Part shown: in pieces, positions 1 to 8,940 of the stretch
Layout: each line of letters starts with the position of its first letter
Numbering within the stretch: position 1 is the stretch's first letter
Source of the DNA: Acidimicrobiales bacterium
GTDB taxonomy: Bacteria > Actinomycetota > Acidimicrobiia > Acidimicrobiales > Bog-793
Assembly: GCA_049523315.1 (NCBI GenBank)
Contig: JBEKMZ010000001.1
Location: 15,147-79,146, forward strand
Direction of reading: 5' to 3'
Length of the DNA: 64,000 nt
Notes under the pieces: model-generated
What the model was told of the DNA's origin: nothing
What the model saw: only the letters and a program-made list of their open reading frames with translations
The model's database searches: none
Translations under genes and position numbers: made by a program

Positions 1-710
1 TCATCTGCAATCCAGATCTCGTCGTAGAGCCCGGCGCCATGGAACATCTCAACCGAGCGCTCGGGGCCCGGCCAGACGCGGCCGTGGTGGGCCCGATGCT
101 CTTGGAGCCAGACGGCTCGGTGTACCCGTCGGGCCGGTCCTTCCCGGGACTCGGCGACGCGCTCGGTCACGGCTTTGTCGGGCTGTTCTGGCGCGACAAC
201 CCGTGGACCCGCCGGTACCGCCTCGTCGGCGAGAGCCAGCACACCGCTCGCGACGCCGACTGGGTCTCGGGGGCGGGCTTCCTAGTCCGGCGGGACGCCT
301 TCGAAGCGGTCGGCGGCTTCGACGAGGCATACTTCATGTACGTCGAGGATGTCGACCTCTGCTGGCGGCTGCACCGCGCCGGCTGGGCCATCCTCTACGA
401 GCCATCCGCGCACGTCGTCCATGAGCAGGGTGTGTCCACCTCCCTACACCCCTACCGGATGCTCGCGGCCCACCATCGCTCCATCCTCAGGTTCGCACGT
501 CGCTCGGGATCGGGGCGCGAGCGGTTCTTGCTGCCCTTGGTGGCGGTCGCTCTCGGCGCCCGTTTCGCACTTGCCAGCTTGCGATGCTTTCTGGCTGAGC
601 GTCGCGACCGCCCCGTACAGACGCGCGACGGCCCGTTCCGGCGGCTTTTCAGGCGTTCCGCGAGCCCGCTGGGATCCCGACCGAAAGATGCAGGAGCCAG
701 CCGAGGCTAG
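1..710 (+). CDS. GT2 family glycosyltransferase (WbbL-like), 5'-truncated by the window edge
   Basis: The frame is open from base 3 (ICNPDLVVEPGAMEHL). It contains GT2 motifs WVSGAGFLVRR, GGFDEAYFMYVEDVDLCWRL and HEQGVS. Confidence 0.85.
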   Translation, partial: ICNPDLVVEPGAMEHLNRALGARPDAAVVGPMLLEPDGSVYPSGRSFPGLGDALGHGFVGLFWRDNPWTRRYRLVGESQHTARDADWVSGAGFLVRRDAFEAVGGFDEAYFMYVEDVDLCWRLHRAGWAILYEPSAHVVHEQGVSTSLHPYRMLAAHHRSILRFARRSGSGRERFLLPLVAVALGARFALASLRCFLAERRDRPVQTRDGPFRRLFRRSASPLGSRPKDAGASRG

Positions 711-721
711 AGTCGGGGCCC

Positions 722-1624
722 GTGCCCAGGAATTCGATCAGCCGAAGGGTCGCGCGTGCCGCGTCGATCGGCGGCAGCCGCAGCTACAGGCAGCGCACGC
801 CCTTGGGGTGGTACACGATCTTGCTCGCGGTCTGCATCATCGGGCTCGGGCTGATCGTTTTCAGCCGCCACGAGCGTGAGGTCGCAAGCCAGACTGCCTC
901 CACTACGACCACGACGACCCAGGCCAACGCGACGCCCCCGCTCATAAGTTCGCACTGGCAAGTGGCCCTCTCGGTCGACGTCTGCGGGACGGTCTCCAAC
1001 CTGCCGGCCAGCGCCAACAAGACCTCGGGCATCATCACCGACGGCAACGGCGTCGTCGACATCGAACCGGCACGGGCGGGCAGCGACGCCAAGCAGTTCG
1101 AAGGCGCCAACGCCACGCTCGGCAAGTTCCTCACCGCGGAAGGCGTGAGTCTCAGCGCCACCTCGATGAGGCTGCCGAAGTCGGTCGGCAAGCTTGCCGG
1201 GACCTATGCCGACGGCCGCAAGTGCGGCACCAAGCCCGCGAGCTTGCAGCTGGTCAGCTGGCAGAGCGCGAGCTCGACGACCTCATTCAGTGGACAGCCC
1301 GATCCCGGAGTCACTTACGGCAACGGCGAGCTGTTCATGCTGGCATTCGTCACCAAAGGTGCTTCGGTGCCCAAGCCCCCGGCCGCTCATCTGGTAGCCG
1401 CATTCGTCAAGTCTCAAACCACGACCACGACCACGACGACTACGACGATCAAGGGCGCCACGACGACGACGCTCAAGGGCGCCACCACGACGACGCTCAA
1501 GGGCGCCACGACGACGACGCTCAAGGGCGCCACGACGACGACGCTCAAGGGCGCCACCACGACGACGACCTCGAGGAGCACCACGACGACCAGCGCTTCG
1601 AGCACGACGACCACAACCGGTTGA
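722..1624 (+). CDS. Membrane-anchored hypothetical protein with a Thr-rich repetitive C-terminal tail
   Basis: Basic N-terminus, one hydrophobic helix (YTILLAVCIIGLGLIVF), a globular part with two Cys, then poly-Thr and KGATTTTL repeats. TAGAGT at 708-713 lies 8 nt before the GTG. Confidence 0.75.
   Translation: MPRNSISRRVARAASIGGSRSYRQRTPLGWYTILLAVCIIGLGLIVFSRHEREVASQTASTTTTTTQANATPPLISSHWQVALSVDVCGTVSNLPASANKTSGIITDGNGVVDIEPARAGSDAKQFEGANATLGKFLTAEGVSLSATSMRLPKSVGKLAGTYADGRKCGTKPASLQLVSWQSASSTTSFSGQPDPGVTYGNGELFMLAFVTKGASVPKPPAAHLVAAFVKSQTTTTTTTTTTIKGATTTTLKGATTTTLKGATTTTLKGATTTTLKGATTTTTSRSTTTTSASSTTTTTG
1451..1570 (+). repeat. In-frame 24-bp tandem repeat, 5 copies, encoding KGATTTT(L/T)
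   Basis: Unit AAGGGCGCCAC(G/C)ACGACGACGCTC starts at 1451, 1475, 1499, 1523 and 1547; the last copy ends ACGACC. Confidence 0.95.
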
Positions 1625-1637
1625 TGGACACTGGTTG

Positions 1638-2711
1638 ATGGACGCGGTCGTTCTCGTCGGCGGCGAAGGGACACGGCTTCGGCCGCTCACGTACGAGATC
1701 CCCAAGCAGATGTTGCCGGTCGTCGAGCGGCCGATGATCGTGCACGTGATCGAGTGGCTGGCCTTACATGGCGTCGACCGTGCCGTTCTCTCGCTCGGCT
1801 ACAGGGCCGATGCGTTCATCGATGCCTTCCCGTCCGACGAGATCGCCGGGGTCGCCCTCGAGTACGTCGTCGAGCCTGAGCCGCTCGACACTGCGGGCGC
1901 GATCCGCTTCGCAGCGGAGAAGTCGGGCGTCGACGAGACCTTTCTCGTACTGAACGGGGACGTGCTCACCGACTTCGACGCCTCAGAGCTCATCGCGTTC
2001 CACCACTCGCGCGCCGCGGACGCATCCATCGGGCTGACACCGGTCCCAGATCCGTCACGCTTCGGAGTCGTACCGACCGACGCGAACGGCCGCGTCACGG
2101 ACTTCATCGAGAAGCCTCCCCGGGGCGAGGCGCCCACGAACCTCATCAACGCGGGCATCTACGTGTTAGAGACGTCGGTGCTCGACCGGATCCCGGGCGG
2201 CCGGCGCGTATCGATAGAACGCGAGACGTTCCCAGATCTGGTCGCGGGGGGCATCTTGTACGCCCTCGCGTCCGATGCGTACTGGCTCGACACGGGCACC
2301 GCACAGCATTTCCTCCAGGCGCAGCTCGACGTCCTGTCCGGGCGCCGGGCATTTTTGCCGGAAATACCGCAGATGCGCGACGGGGTCTGGGTCGACGCGG
2401 GTGCGGAGGTCGCTGGCACCCTCGAGCCGTACTGCCTCGTGGGCACGAGGGCGGTGATCGCGGGTCGGGCAGAGGTCTCCGACAGCGTCATCGGGTCCGA
2501 GTCTTCGGTCGGGCCGGGCGCAGTGGTCTCGCGCTCGGTCCTAATGACCGGATCGGTGCTACGCCCTGGCGCCGTCGTTCGCGACAGCATCGTCGGGCCG
2601 GGCGCGGTCATCGGCGAGGGCGCGCAGCTTGGCCGGATGACAATAATCGGGGTCGGGGCCGAGGTGCCTGCGAACGCCGTGCTCGAGTGCGCCCGTTTCC
2701 CCCGGTCCTGA
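1638..2711 (+). CDS. NDP-sugar pyrophosphorylase, probably mannose-1-phosphate guanylyltransferase
   Basis: AVVLVGGEGTRLRPLT, PKQMLPV, EPLDTAGAI, LVLNGDVL, FIEKP, INAGIY and WLDTG, followed by C-terminal hexapeptide (left-handed beta-helix) repeats. Confidence 0.85.
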   Translation: MDAVVLVGGEGTRLRPLTYEIPKQMLPVVERPMIVHVIEWLALHGVDRAVLSLGYRADAFIDAFPSDEIAGVALEYVVEPEPLDTAGAIRFAAEKSGVDETFLVLNGDVLTDFDASELIAFHHSRAADASIGLTPVPDPSRFGVVPTDANGRVTDFIEKPPRGEAPTNLINAGIYVLETSVLDRIPGGRRVSIERETFPDLVAGGILYALASDAYWLDTGTAQHFLQAQLDVLSGRRAFLPEIPQMRDGVWVDAGAEVAGTLEPYCLVGTRAVIAGRAEVSDSVIGSESSVGPGAVVSRSVLMTGSVLRPGAVVRDSIVGPGAVIGEGAQLGRMTIIGVGAEVPANAVLECARFPRS

Positions 2712-2739
2712 ACCAAACCGAAGCTAGGAGGCCGACGAA

Positions 2740-3687
2740 GTGCGAGCACTCGTGACCGGAGGTGCGGGCTTCATCGGGTCGAACCTCGTCGACCGGCTCA
2801 AGGCCGAGGGCCACGAGGTGGATGTCGTCGACGACTTGTCGACCGGGTCGCTCGCGAACCTGGCCGACGCCCGCGCCTCGGGCGGATCGCTCCGCTTCCA
2901 CAACATCGATGTCCGCTCCCACGACTTCGTCGACCTGGTCGGACACCGCAGGCCCGAGGTGATATTCCACCTGGCAGCCCAGGCGGACGTCCGGGTCTCG
3001 GTGGACCGTCCCGTCTTCGACGCGGAGGTGAACATCCTCGGCACGATCCAGGCGCTCGAAGGCGCACGGGCCGGCGGCGGCGCAAAGATCGTCTTCGCGG
3101 CCTCCGGCGGGACTTTGTATGGCGAGCCCGACCAAGTTCATCTCCCGGTCGACGAGCATCAGCCGCACCGGCCCCTCTCGCCGTACGGGGTGTCGAAGAA
3201 GTCCGCGATCGACTACATGGTCGCCTACCGCGAGCTGCATGGCATTGAGTTCACCGCCCTCGCCCTCGCCAATGTCTACGGACCGCGCCAGGATCCGCAC
3301 GGCGAGGCGGGCGTCGTGGCGATCTTCGCCGGGAACCTGACATCCAGGCGACAGTGCGTGATCTACGGCGACGGCAAGCAGACTCGCGACTATGTCTATG
3401 TCGACGACGTCGTCGACGCTTTTGCCCGTGCAGCCCGGCGCGGGGACGGGCTCGTGCTGAACATCGGCACCGGTCAGGAGACCTCGGTTAACAGGCTGTA
3501 CGAGATAGTGGCGGCCGCCGCGGGAAGCGAGCTCAGCCCCAAGTCGGCGCCGGCCCGGCCCGGTGAGCTGCAGAGGAGCGCTCTCGACCCGCGCCGGGCC
3601 GGGCTGCACCTCGGCTGGAAACCGTGGACCAGCGTGGAAGCAGGCATCGAGTCCGTAGTGGCCTACGTCCGCCAGGCTGGTACGTGA
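2740..3687 (+). CDS. NAD-dependent epimerase/dehydratase (UDP-glucose 4-epimerase-like extended SDR)
   Basis: VTGGAGFIGS, HLAAQADVR, YGVSK (YxxxK) and ANVYGPRQDPHGEAGVVAIF. An AGGAGG ribosome-binding site precedes the GTG. Confidence 0.9.
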   Translation: MRALVTGGAGFIGSNLVDRLKAEGHEVDVVDDLSTGSLANLADARASGGSLRFHNIDVRSHDFVDLVGHRRPEVIFHLAAQADVRVSVDRPVFDAEVNILGTIQALEGARAGGGAKIVFAASGGTLYGEPDQVHLPVDEHQPHRPLSPYGVSKKSAIDYMVAYRELHGIEFTALALANVYGPRQDPHGEAGVVAIFAGNLTSRRQCVIYGDGKQTRDYVYVDDVVDAFARAARRGDGLVLNIGTGQETSVNRLYEIVAAAAGSELSPKSAPARPGELQRSALDPRRAGLHLGWKPWTSVEAGIESVVAYVRQAGT

Positions 3688-4667
3688 TAGCCGTCCTTTG
3701 CGGCGGTGTGGGTGCCGCCAGGCTCCTGGCGGGCATGCAGCAAGTCGTAGATCCCGCGGAGATCGTCGGCATCGTGAACACGGGCGACGACACCGAGCTC
3801 CACGGTCTGCACGTCAGCCCGGACCTCGACACCATCACCTACACGCTTTCGGGTGCCGTCAACCTGGACACGGGATGGGGGCTTGCTGGCGACACGTTCC
3901 GTGCGATGCAGGCTCTGGAGCGCTTCGGCGCCATCACCTGGTTCCGCCTTGGCGACGCCGATCTGGCGACCCACCTCTACCGGACCACCCGGCTTGGCGA
4001 AGGGGCCCCCCTCTCGGAGGTGACCGCCGAGGTCTCGGCTGCCTTCGGCCTCGGCATCCGTCTGATCCCCATGAGCGACGACCCGGTCCGCACGCGCCTG
4101 CGGCTCCCCGACGGCAAAGAGCTCGCCTTTCAGGAGTACTTCGTGAAGCTGCGCCACTCGGTTGTTGTGACCCAGGTGCGCTTCGAAGGCGCCGAGCTCG
4201 CCCGTCCCGCCCCCGGGGTGATCTGTGCCCTCGAGACCGCCGAGGTCATCGTCGTGGCGCCTTCGAACCCGATCGTGTCGATCGGTCCGATCCTCGCGGT
4301 GCCGGGCGTGGCTGAGGTGTTGCAGGCTCGCCGCGACTCGGTCGTGGCGGTTTCCCCGATCGTGGCGGGGGCGGCCTTAAAGGGCCCGGCCGATCGGCTC
4401 CTCGTCGAGCTCGGGGGAGAGGCATCGGCGGCCGGAGTTGCCCGCCATCTCGCGACGTGGGTGGGCACTCTCGTGATCGACGAGGCGGACGCCGGGCTCG
4501 AGGGCGAGGTGCGGGAGGCGGGGTTGAACTGCATCGTCGCCGCGACGATCATGAGGACGCCCTTGGCGGCGGCGGGCCTGGCGCGCGTCGTCGTCGGTGC
4601 CACCGCGCCCGCCAATGGGAGGGCTCTTTTGAAGTCCCCCCGCCCGGCGAGGCGCGATGGCGCTTAG
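3684..4667 (+). CDS. cofD: 2-phospho-L-lactate transferase (F420 biosynthesis)
   Basis: LCGGVGAARLL, VNTGDD, SPDLDT, GDADLATH, FQEYFV and APSNPIVSIGPIL. GTG 3684 overlaps the upstream TGA. Confidence 0.92.
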   Translation: MIAVLCGGVGAARLLAGMQQVVDPAEIVGIVNTGDDTELHGLHVSPDLDTITYTLSGAVNLDTGWGLAGDTFRAMQALERFGAITWFRLGDADLATHLYRTTRLGEGAPLSEVTAEVSAAFGLGIRLIPMSDDPVRTRLRLPDGKELAFQEYFVKLRHSVVVTQVRFEGAELARPAPGVICALETAEVIVVAPSNPIVSIGPILAVPGVAEVLQARRDSVVAVSPIVAGAALKGPADRLLVELGGEASAAGVARHLATWVGTLVIDEADAGLEGEVREAGLNCIVAATIMRTPLAAAGLARVVVGATAPANGRALLKSPRPARRDGA

Positions 4668-4699
4668 CGCGCACACGGGTCACAGGTAGAGACTGCGAC

Positions 4700-5407
4700 A
4701 TGGCCTCGGGAGCATCGCTGTTGGTGTTCGGCGTCACGGGCCTCGGTGAGATCGCGCCGGGAGACGACCTCGCCTCGCTCATCGCCGAGCAGGCGGCGCT
4801 CATCGACGGGGACGTCGTCGTCGTCACCCAGAAGATCGTCTCGAAGGCCGAAGGCCGCACCGTCCGGATCGACCCGTCCGACCCGGACGCGAAACGCGCC
4901 TTGGCTGAGTCCGAAGCCGTCCGCGTGCTCCGCCGCCGCGATGACCTCGTCATCACCGAGACGCGGCACGGCTTTGTGTGCGCCAACTCGGGCGTCGACC
5001 TATCCAACGTCGCGGACGGATGGGCAGCGCTGCTGCCGGTGGAACCCGACCGTTCCGCGCGCCGTCTGCGCGACGGGATCCGGGCGCGCACAGGCGTCGA
5101 GGTAGCCGTCGTCATCTCGGACACCTTCGGCCGGGCATGGCGCCAGGGGGTCACCGACGTTGCCATCGGTTGTGCCGGCATCCGCGCCGTCATCGATCTC
5201 CGCGGCACGACCGACGCGCTCGGCCGCGAACTCGTCGCAACCGAGATCTGCGTTGTGGACGAGGTCGCATCGGCGGCCGACCTCGTGATGGGAAAAGCGC
5301 GCGGTGTCCCAGTCGCGGTCGTGAGGGGCCTGGACGCTGCCTTCCTGGGCGAGGGAGCAGTCACCGAAGAGGTGGTGCGACCCCATGGTGAAGACCTGTT
5401 CCGGTGA
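4700..5407 (+). CDS. cofE: Coenzyme F420-0:L-glutamate ligase (short form, no nitroreductase domain)
   Basis: GDVVVVTQKIVSKAEGR, CANSGVDLSN, VISDTFGRAWRQG, VDEVASAADLVMGK and PVAVVRG. Confidence 0.92.
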   Translation: MASGASLLVFGVTGLGEIAPGDDLASLIAEQAALIDGDVVVVTQKIVSKAEGRTVRIDPSDPDAKRALAESEAVRVLRRRDDLVITETRHGFVCANSGVDLSNVADGWAALLPVEPDRSARRLRDGIRARTGVEVAVVISDTFGRAWRQGVTDVAIGCAGIRAVIDLRGTTDALGRELVATEICVVDEVASAADLVMGKARGVPVAVVRGLDAAFLGEGAVTEEVVRPHGEDLFR

Positions 5408-6591
5408 CAGGCGGGCGAAGACCGCGGCGCCCTCGTGAGGAGCTCAGCGGGTCACGGGCCGCGGTGACCAGGCTCCGAGTGGCCCTCGACGTGCTTCCCC
5501 TCGCCGGCGCTCGCACGGGGGTTGGCCGGTTCTGCGCCGGCCTCGCCGGTGCTCTCGCTGTACGAGAAGACCTCGAGCTGCGCGCCTACGCGATCGCGAG
5601 GCGCGCCCGGAGCGAGGTTGCTGTTCCCGCGGCCGCACTCGGACTCGGCTTAAGGACCTGGGCCGTACAGGCGCGCGTCGCCAACGCGCTCTGGGCACGG
5701 GTCGAGCTGCCGCCTGTCGAATGGCTAGTGGGACGCGTCGAGGTCGTGCACGGCACGAACTACGTCGTGCCGCCGGCGAGTCACGCCGGCCGCGTCGTAA
5801 CCGTGCACGACCTGACGGCGGTGCGCTACCCGCAAATGTGTGTGCCGGCCTCGTTGGCCTACCCCCACCTCGTGTCGCGCGCGGCGCGCCGGGGCGCCTT
5901 CGTGCACGTGCCGTCGAGCTTCGTGCGTGACGAGGTCGTCGAGCTACTCGGCCTCGATGCCGAGCGCGTCCGTGTCGTGCCGCACGGGCTCGACGAGCCG
6001 GGCCGCGGCGACCTCGACGAGGCGCCTCGGGGCCGGTCGGCGCCTTATGTGCTCGCGCTCGGGGCCGTCGAGCCGCGCAAGGACCTGCCGACGCTAGTGA
6101 TGGCCTTTGCGGAGCTGGCCCGCGACCACGACGACCTCGAGCTCGTCGTCGCCGGGCCGGACGGGTGGGGAGGCGAGGCCTTCTCCGCCGCTGTCAGAGC
6201 TTCGGGGTTGGCGGGCCGTGTTGTCCGGGTCGGTTACCTGGACGAGCTCGAGCTGAAGTCCCTGCTTTCCGGCGCCACAGTTCTCGCCTACCCATCGCTT
6301 TACGAGGGGTTCGGGTTCCCGCCCCTCGAGGCGATGGCGGCCGGGGTGCCCGTGGTCGCGACCGCGGCGGGTGCTGTGCCCGAGGTCGTCGGTGACGCCG
6401 CCGAGCTCGTCGTGCCGGGCGACGTGCCCGCTCTTGCGGAGGCCCTGACTAGGGTCATCGAAGACGATTCGCTACGCGCCCGGCTCATCGCGGCCGGCCG
6501 TGCCCGGGCGGCATCTTTCACCTGGGCGTCCGCCGCGGCCTCCATGGTGGAGCTTTACCGCGAGGCTGCTTTGTGGGGGCGATCGAGGTGA
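5404..6591 (+). CDS. GT4 family glycosyltransferase (MtfB/WbpY-like) 1
   Basis: VVTVHDL, LGAVEPRKDL and YPSLYEGFGFPPLEAMAAG (EX7E motif). An alternative start is GTG 5464. Confidence 0.9.
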   Translation: MTGGRRPRRPREELSGSRAAVTRLRVALDVLPLAGARTGVGRFCAGLAGALAVREDLELRAYAIARRARSEVAVPAAALGLGLRTWAVQARVANALWARVELPPVEWLVGRVEVVHGTNYVVPPASHAGRVVTVHDLTAVRYPQMCVPASLAYPHLVSRAARRGAFVHVPSSFVRDEVVELLGLDAERVRVVPHGLDEPGRGDLDEAPRGRSAPYVLALGAVEPRKDLPTLVMAFAELARDHDDLELVVAGPDGWGGEAFSAAVRASGLAGRVVRVGYLDELELKSLLSGATVLAYPSLYEGFGFPPLEAMAAGVPVVATAAGAVPEVVGDAAELVVPGDVPALAEALTRVIEDDSLRARLIAAGRARAASFTWASAAASMVELYREAALWGRSR

Positions 6592-7712
6592 CGACGATCT
6601 CTGTCTGCGTGGCTGCCGAGCAGCTGCGCCGGCGCGTTCCGGGCGGCATCGGCACCTACGCCCGCGGCCTTCTGAAGGGCCTCGGCGAGCTCCCCGCCGG
6701 CGAAGGGCCGAGCCTGAGCCTGCTTGCCAGCCGCGCGCCGCAAGGGCCGGACCCGCTCGCCGTCTACGGATACCCGGTGGTGGCCTCGCGGCTACCCGGC
6801 CCGCTCATGACCAGGGCCTGGGACTTTGGCCTGTCACGCGCAGGTCGGGGCAGCGACATCGTGCATTCCGTCTCGCTGGCGGCGCCGGCGGTCTTCTCCG
6901 GGACCTCGCTCGTTGTGACCGTGCACGACGTGGCGTGGAGATCGATGCCCGAGGCCTTTCCCGAGAGGGGCCGGCGCTGGCATGAGGCGGCCCTGCGCCG
7001 CGCGGCTTCGAGGGCGGCAGCGGTCATCGTCCCCTCGCAGGCGACAGCCACGGCCGTTCTCGGCGCCGGCGTCGGCATCGCTGCCAAGCGGCTCTTCGTC
7101 GTCGCCGAGGGGGCGGACCACCTCGGCGAGCCGGACGCCGCGGCCGGCGCGGCCCTGCTGGAGCGCCTCGGGGTTGCCGGCCCGTACCTGTTGACCGTTA
7201 GCACGCTCGAGCCGCGGAAGAACCTCCGGCGCCTCGTCGAGGCCTATGAGCTCGCGCGGCCCAAGCTTGCCGAGCGCTGGCCACTCGTGGTGGTGGGGCC
7301 GAGCGGGTGGGGAGCCTCCGCCTCCCCGGCAGCCTTGGGCGGCAACGCCGGCGTCGTCTTCGCGGGCGTCGTCGACCCCGGCGCGCTCGCGGCGATCTAC
7401 TCCGGTGCCAGGTGCTGCGCCTACGTGCCGATAGTTGAGGGCTTCGGGCTGCCCGTCGTGGAGGCGATGGCGCAGGGGACCCCTGTCGTCTCGAGCCCGG
7501 TGCCGAGCTCCGGTGGGGCCTCGCTCGAGGTCGACCCGACCGACGTCGCCTCAATCGCGGAAGGCCTCCTCGCCGCCGCGGGCGACGACGCGACGCGGTC
7601 CCGGCTCAGAGCGAGTGGCCTTGCCCGGGCGGCCGAGCTGACCTGGGCCGCGACGGCCCGGGCACATGTCGCCGTCTGGGAACAGGTCGCCACCGAAAGA
7701 AGGGCGCCGTGA
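6588..7712 (+). CDS. GT4 family glycosyltransferase (MtfB/WbpY-like) 2
   Basis: VVTVHDV, VSTLEPRKNL and VEGFGLPVVEAMAQG. GTG 6588 overlaps the previous TGA. Confidence 0.9.
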   Translation: MTTISVCVAAEQLRRRVPGGIGTYARGLLKGLGELPAGEGPSLSLLASRAPQGPDPLAVYGYPVVASRLPGPLMTRAWDFGLSRAGRGSDIVHSVSLAAPAVFSGTSLVVTVHDVAWRSMPEAFPERGRRWHEAALRRAASRAAAVIVPSQATATAVLGAGVGIAAKRLFVVAEGADHLGEPDAAAGAALLERLGVAGPYLLTVSTLEPRKNLRRLVEAYELARPKLAERWPLVVVGPSGWGASASPAALGGNAGVVFAGVVDPGALAAIYSGARCCAYVPIVEGFGLPVVEAMAQGTPVVSSPVPSSGGASLEVDPTDVASIAEGLLAAAGDDATRSRLRASGLARAAELTWAATARAHVAVWEQVATERRAP

Positions 7713-8869
7713 GGCCCGAAGCCGACGGTGCCCTCGAAGTCGCGCTCGACGTCAGCGCGGTGCCCGAGCGGCCAGCCGGGGCCGGGCGCTACATAGTCGA
7801 GCTCGCGAGGGCCCTCGCCGGCCGTGGGGACTGCGGCCTCAGGCTGATCTCCCGGTGCGACGACACCGACAGGTGGGAGCGGACCGCACCGGGGCGCCAG
7901 GTCCTCGCCGTCGCGCCGAGAGACCGTCTCTCTCGCGTTTTGTACGAGCAGGCCCGCCTCGCGAGCGTGGTCGCGCGCCTCGGCCCGCCTGCGGTCGCGG
8001 TTCACCACGGTCCGCACTACACGATGCCCCGGCGTTCCAAGGTCCCCTGTGTCGTGACGGTGCACGACATGACGTTCTTCGATCACCCGGAGTGGCACGA
8101 GCGCAGCAAGGTGCTCTGGTTCCGCTCCGCGACCCGGCACTCGGTGCGCCACGCCGCGGTCATCGTCTGCGTGAGCGAGACGACCGCGCAAAGGCTCCGG
8201 GACCTCCTCCACCCTCCGTGCCCGGTGATGGCCGTCCCGAACGGCGTTGACCAGTCCCGTTTTGCGGTCGAGGAGCCCGAGCCCGGCGCCGACCGCGAGG
8301 TGCTCGCGCGCTTCGGCCTCGAGCGGCCGTACCTGTTCCACCTCGGCACCTTGGAGCCCCGCAAGGGGGTCGTCGACCTGGTTGCCGCCTTCGACCTCCT
8401 CGCCCCCAACGACCCGGATCTCGATCTCGTCCTGGCCGGCGCGAGCGGGTGGAAGGCGCAGCCGGCGCTGCAGGCCATCGCCACGGCTAGGTCGCATGCG
8501 CGCGTGCGCCGGCTCGGTTATGTCGCCGACCAAGACGTCCCGGCCCTGTTGCGCGGGGCACGCGCCGTCGTGTATCCCTCACTCGAGGAAGGCTTCGGCC
8601 TACCTGCCCTCGAAGCTCTCGCATGCGGTGCGCCGCTCGTGACGACCGCCGGGACGGCGATGGCGGAGCTTGCCGGCGAGAGCGCCCTGCTCGCTCCGGC
8701 GCGCCGGCCCGAGGCTTTGGCGTCTGCCGTCGAATCGGCCATCGCCGCCATCGGCTCACCCGCAGGCAGCCGGCGTCGCCAGGCCGGGATCGCCATCGCG
8801 GCTCGCCACAGCTGGGAGGCCTGCGCCGAGGGCCACATGGAGGCCTACAGGCTCGCGGCCCGATCTTGA
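7709..8869 (+). CDS. GT4 family glycosyltransferase (MtfB/WbpY-like) 3
   Basis: VVTVHDM, LGTLEPRKG and YPSLEEGFGLPALEALACG. GTGA overlap with the previous gene. Confidence 0.9.
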   Translation: MRPEADGALEVALDVSAVPERPAGAGRYIVELARALAGRGDCGLRLISRCDDTDRWERTAPGRQVLAVAPRDRLSRVLYEQARLASVVARLGPPAVAVHHGPHYTMPRRSKVPCVVTVHDMTFFDHPEWHERSKVLWFRSATRHSVRHAAVIVCVSETTAQRLRDLLHPPCPVMAVPNGVDQSRFAVEEPEPGADREVLARFGLERPYLFHLGTLEPRKGVVDLVAAFDLLAPNDPDLDLVLAGASGWKAQPALQAIATARSHARVRRLGYVADQDVPALLRGARAVVYPSLEEGFGLPALEALACGAPLVTTAGTAMAELAGESALLAPARRPEALASAVESAIAAIGSPAGSRRRQAGIAIAARHSWEACAEGHMEAYRLAARS

Positions 8870-8940
8870 GGCGCTTCGGTACCGTCGCCCGCCCGGGCGG
8901 CCATCCCTTACGGCGCTGATAGCCAGGTAGCCTGACGGCC

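Noticed and set aside
1451-1570. 24-bp repeat array as a CRISPR
   Set aside because: The units are directly adjacent with no spacers, they keep the frame inside a CDS, and there are no cas genes.
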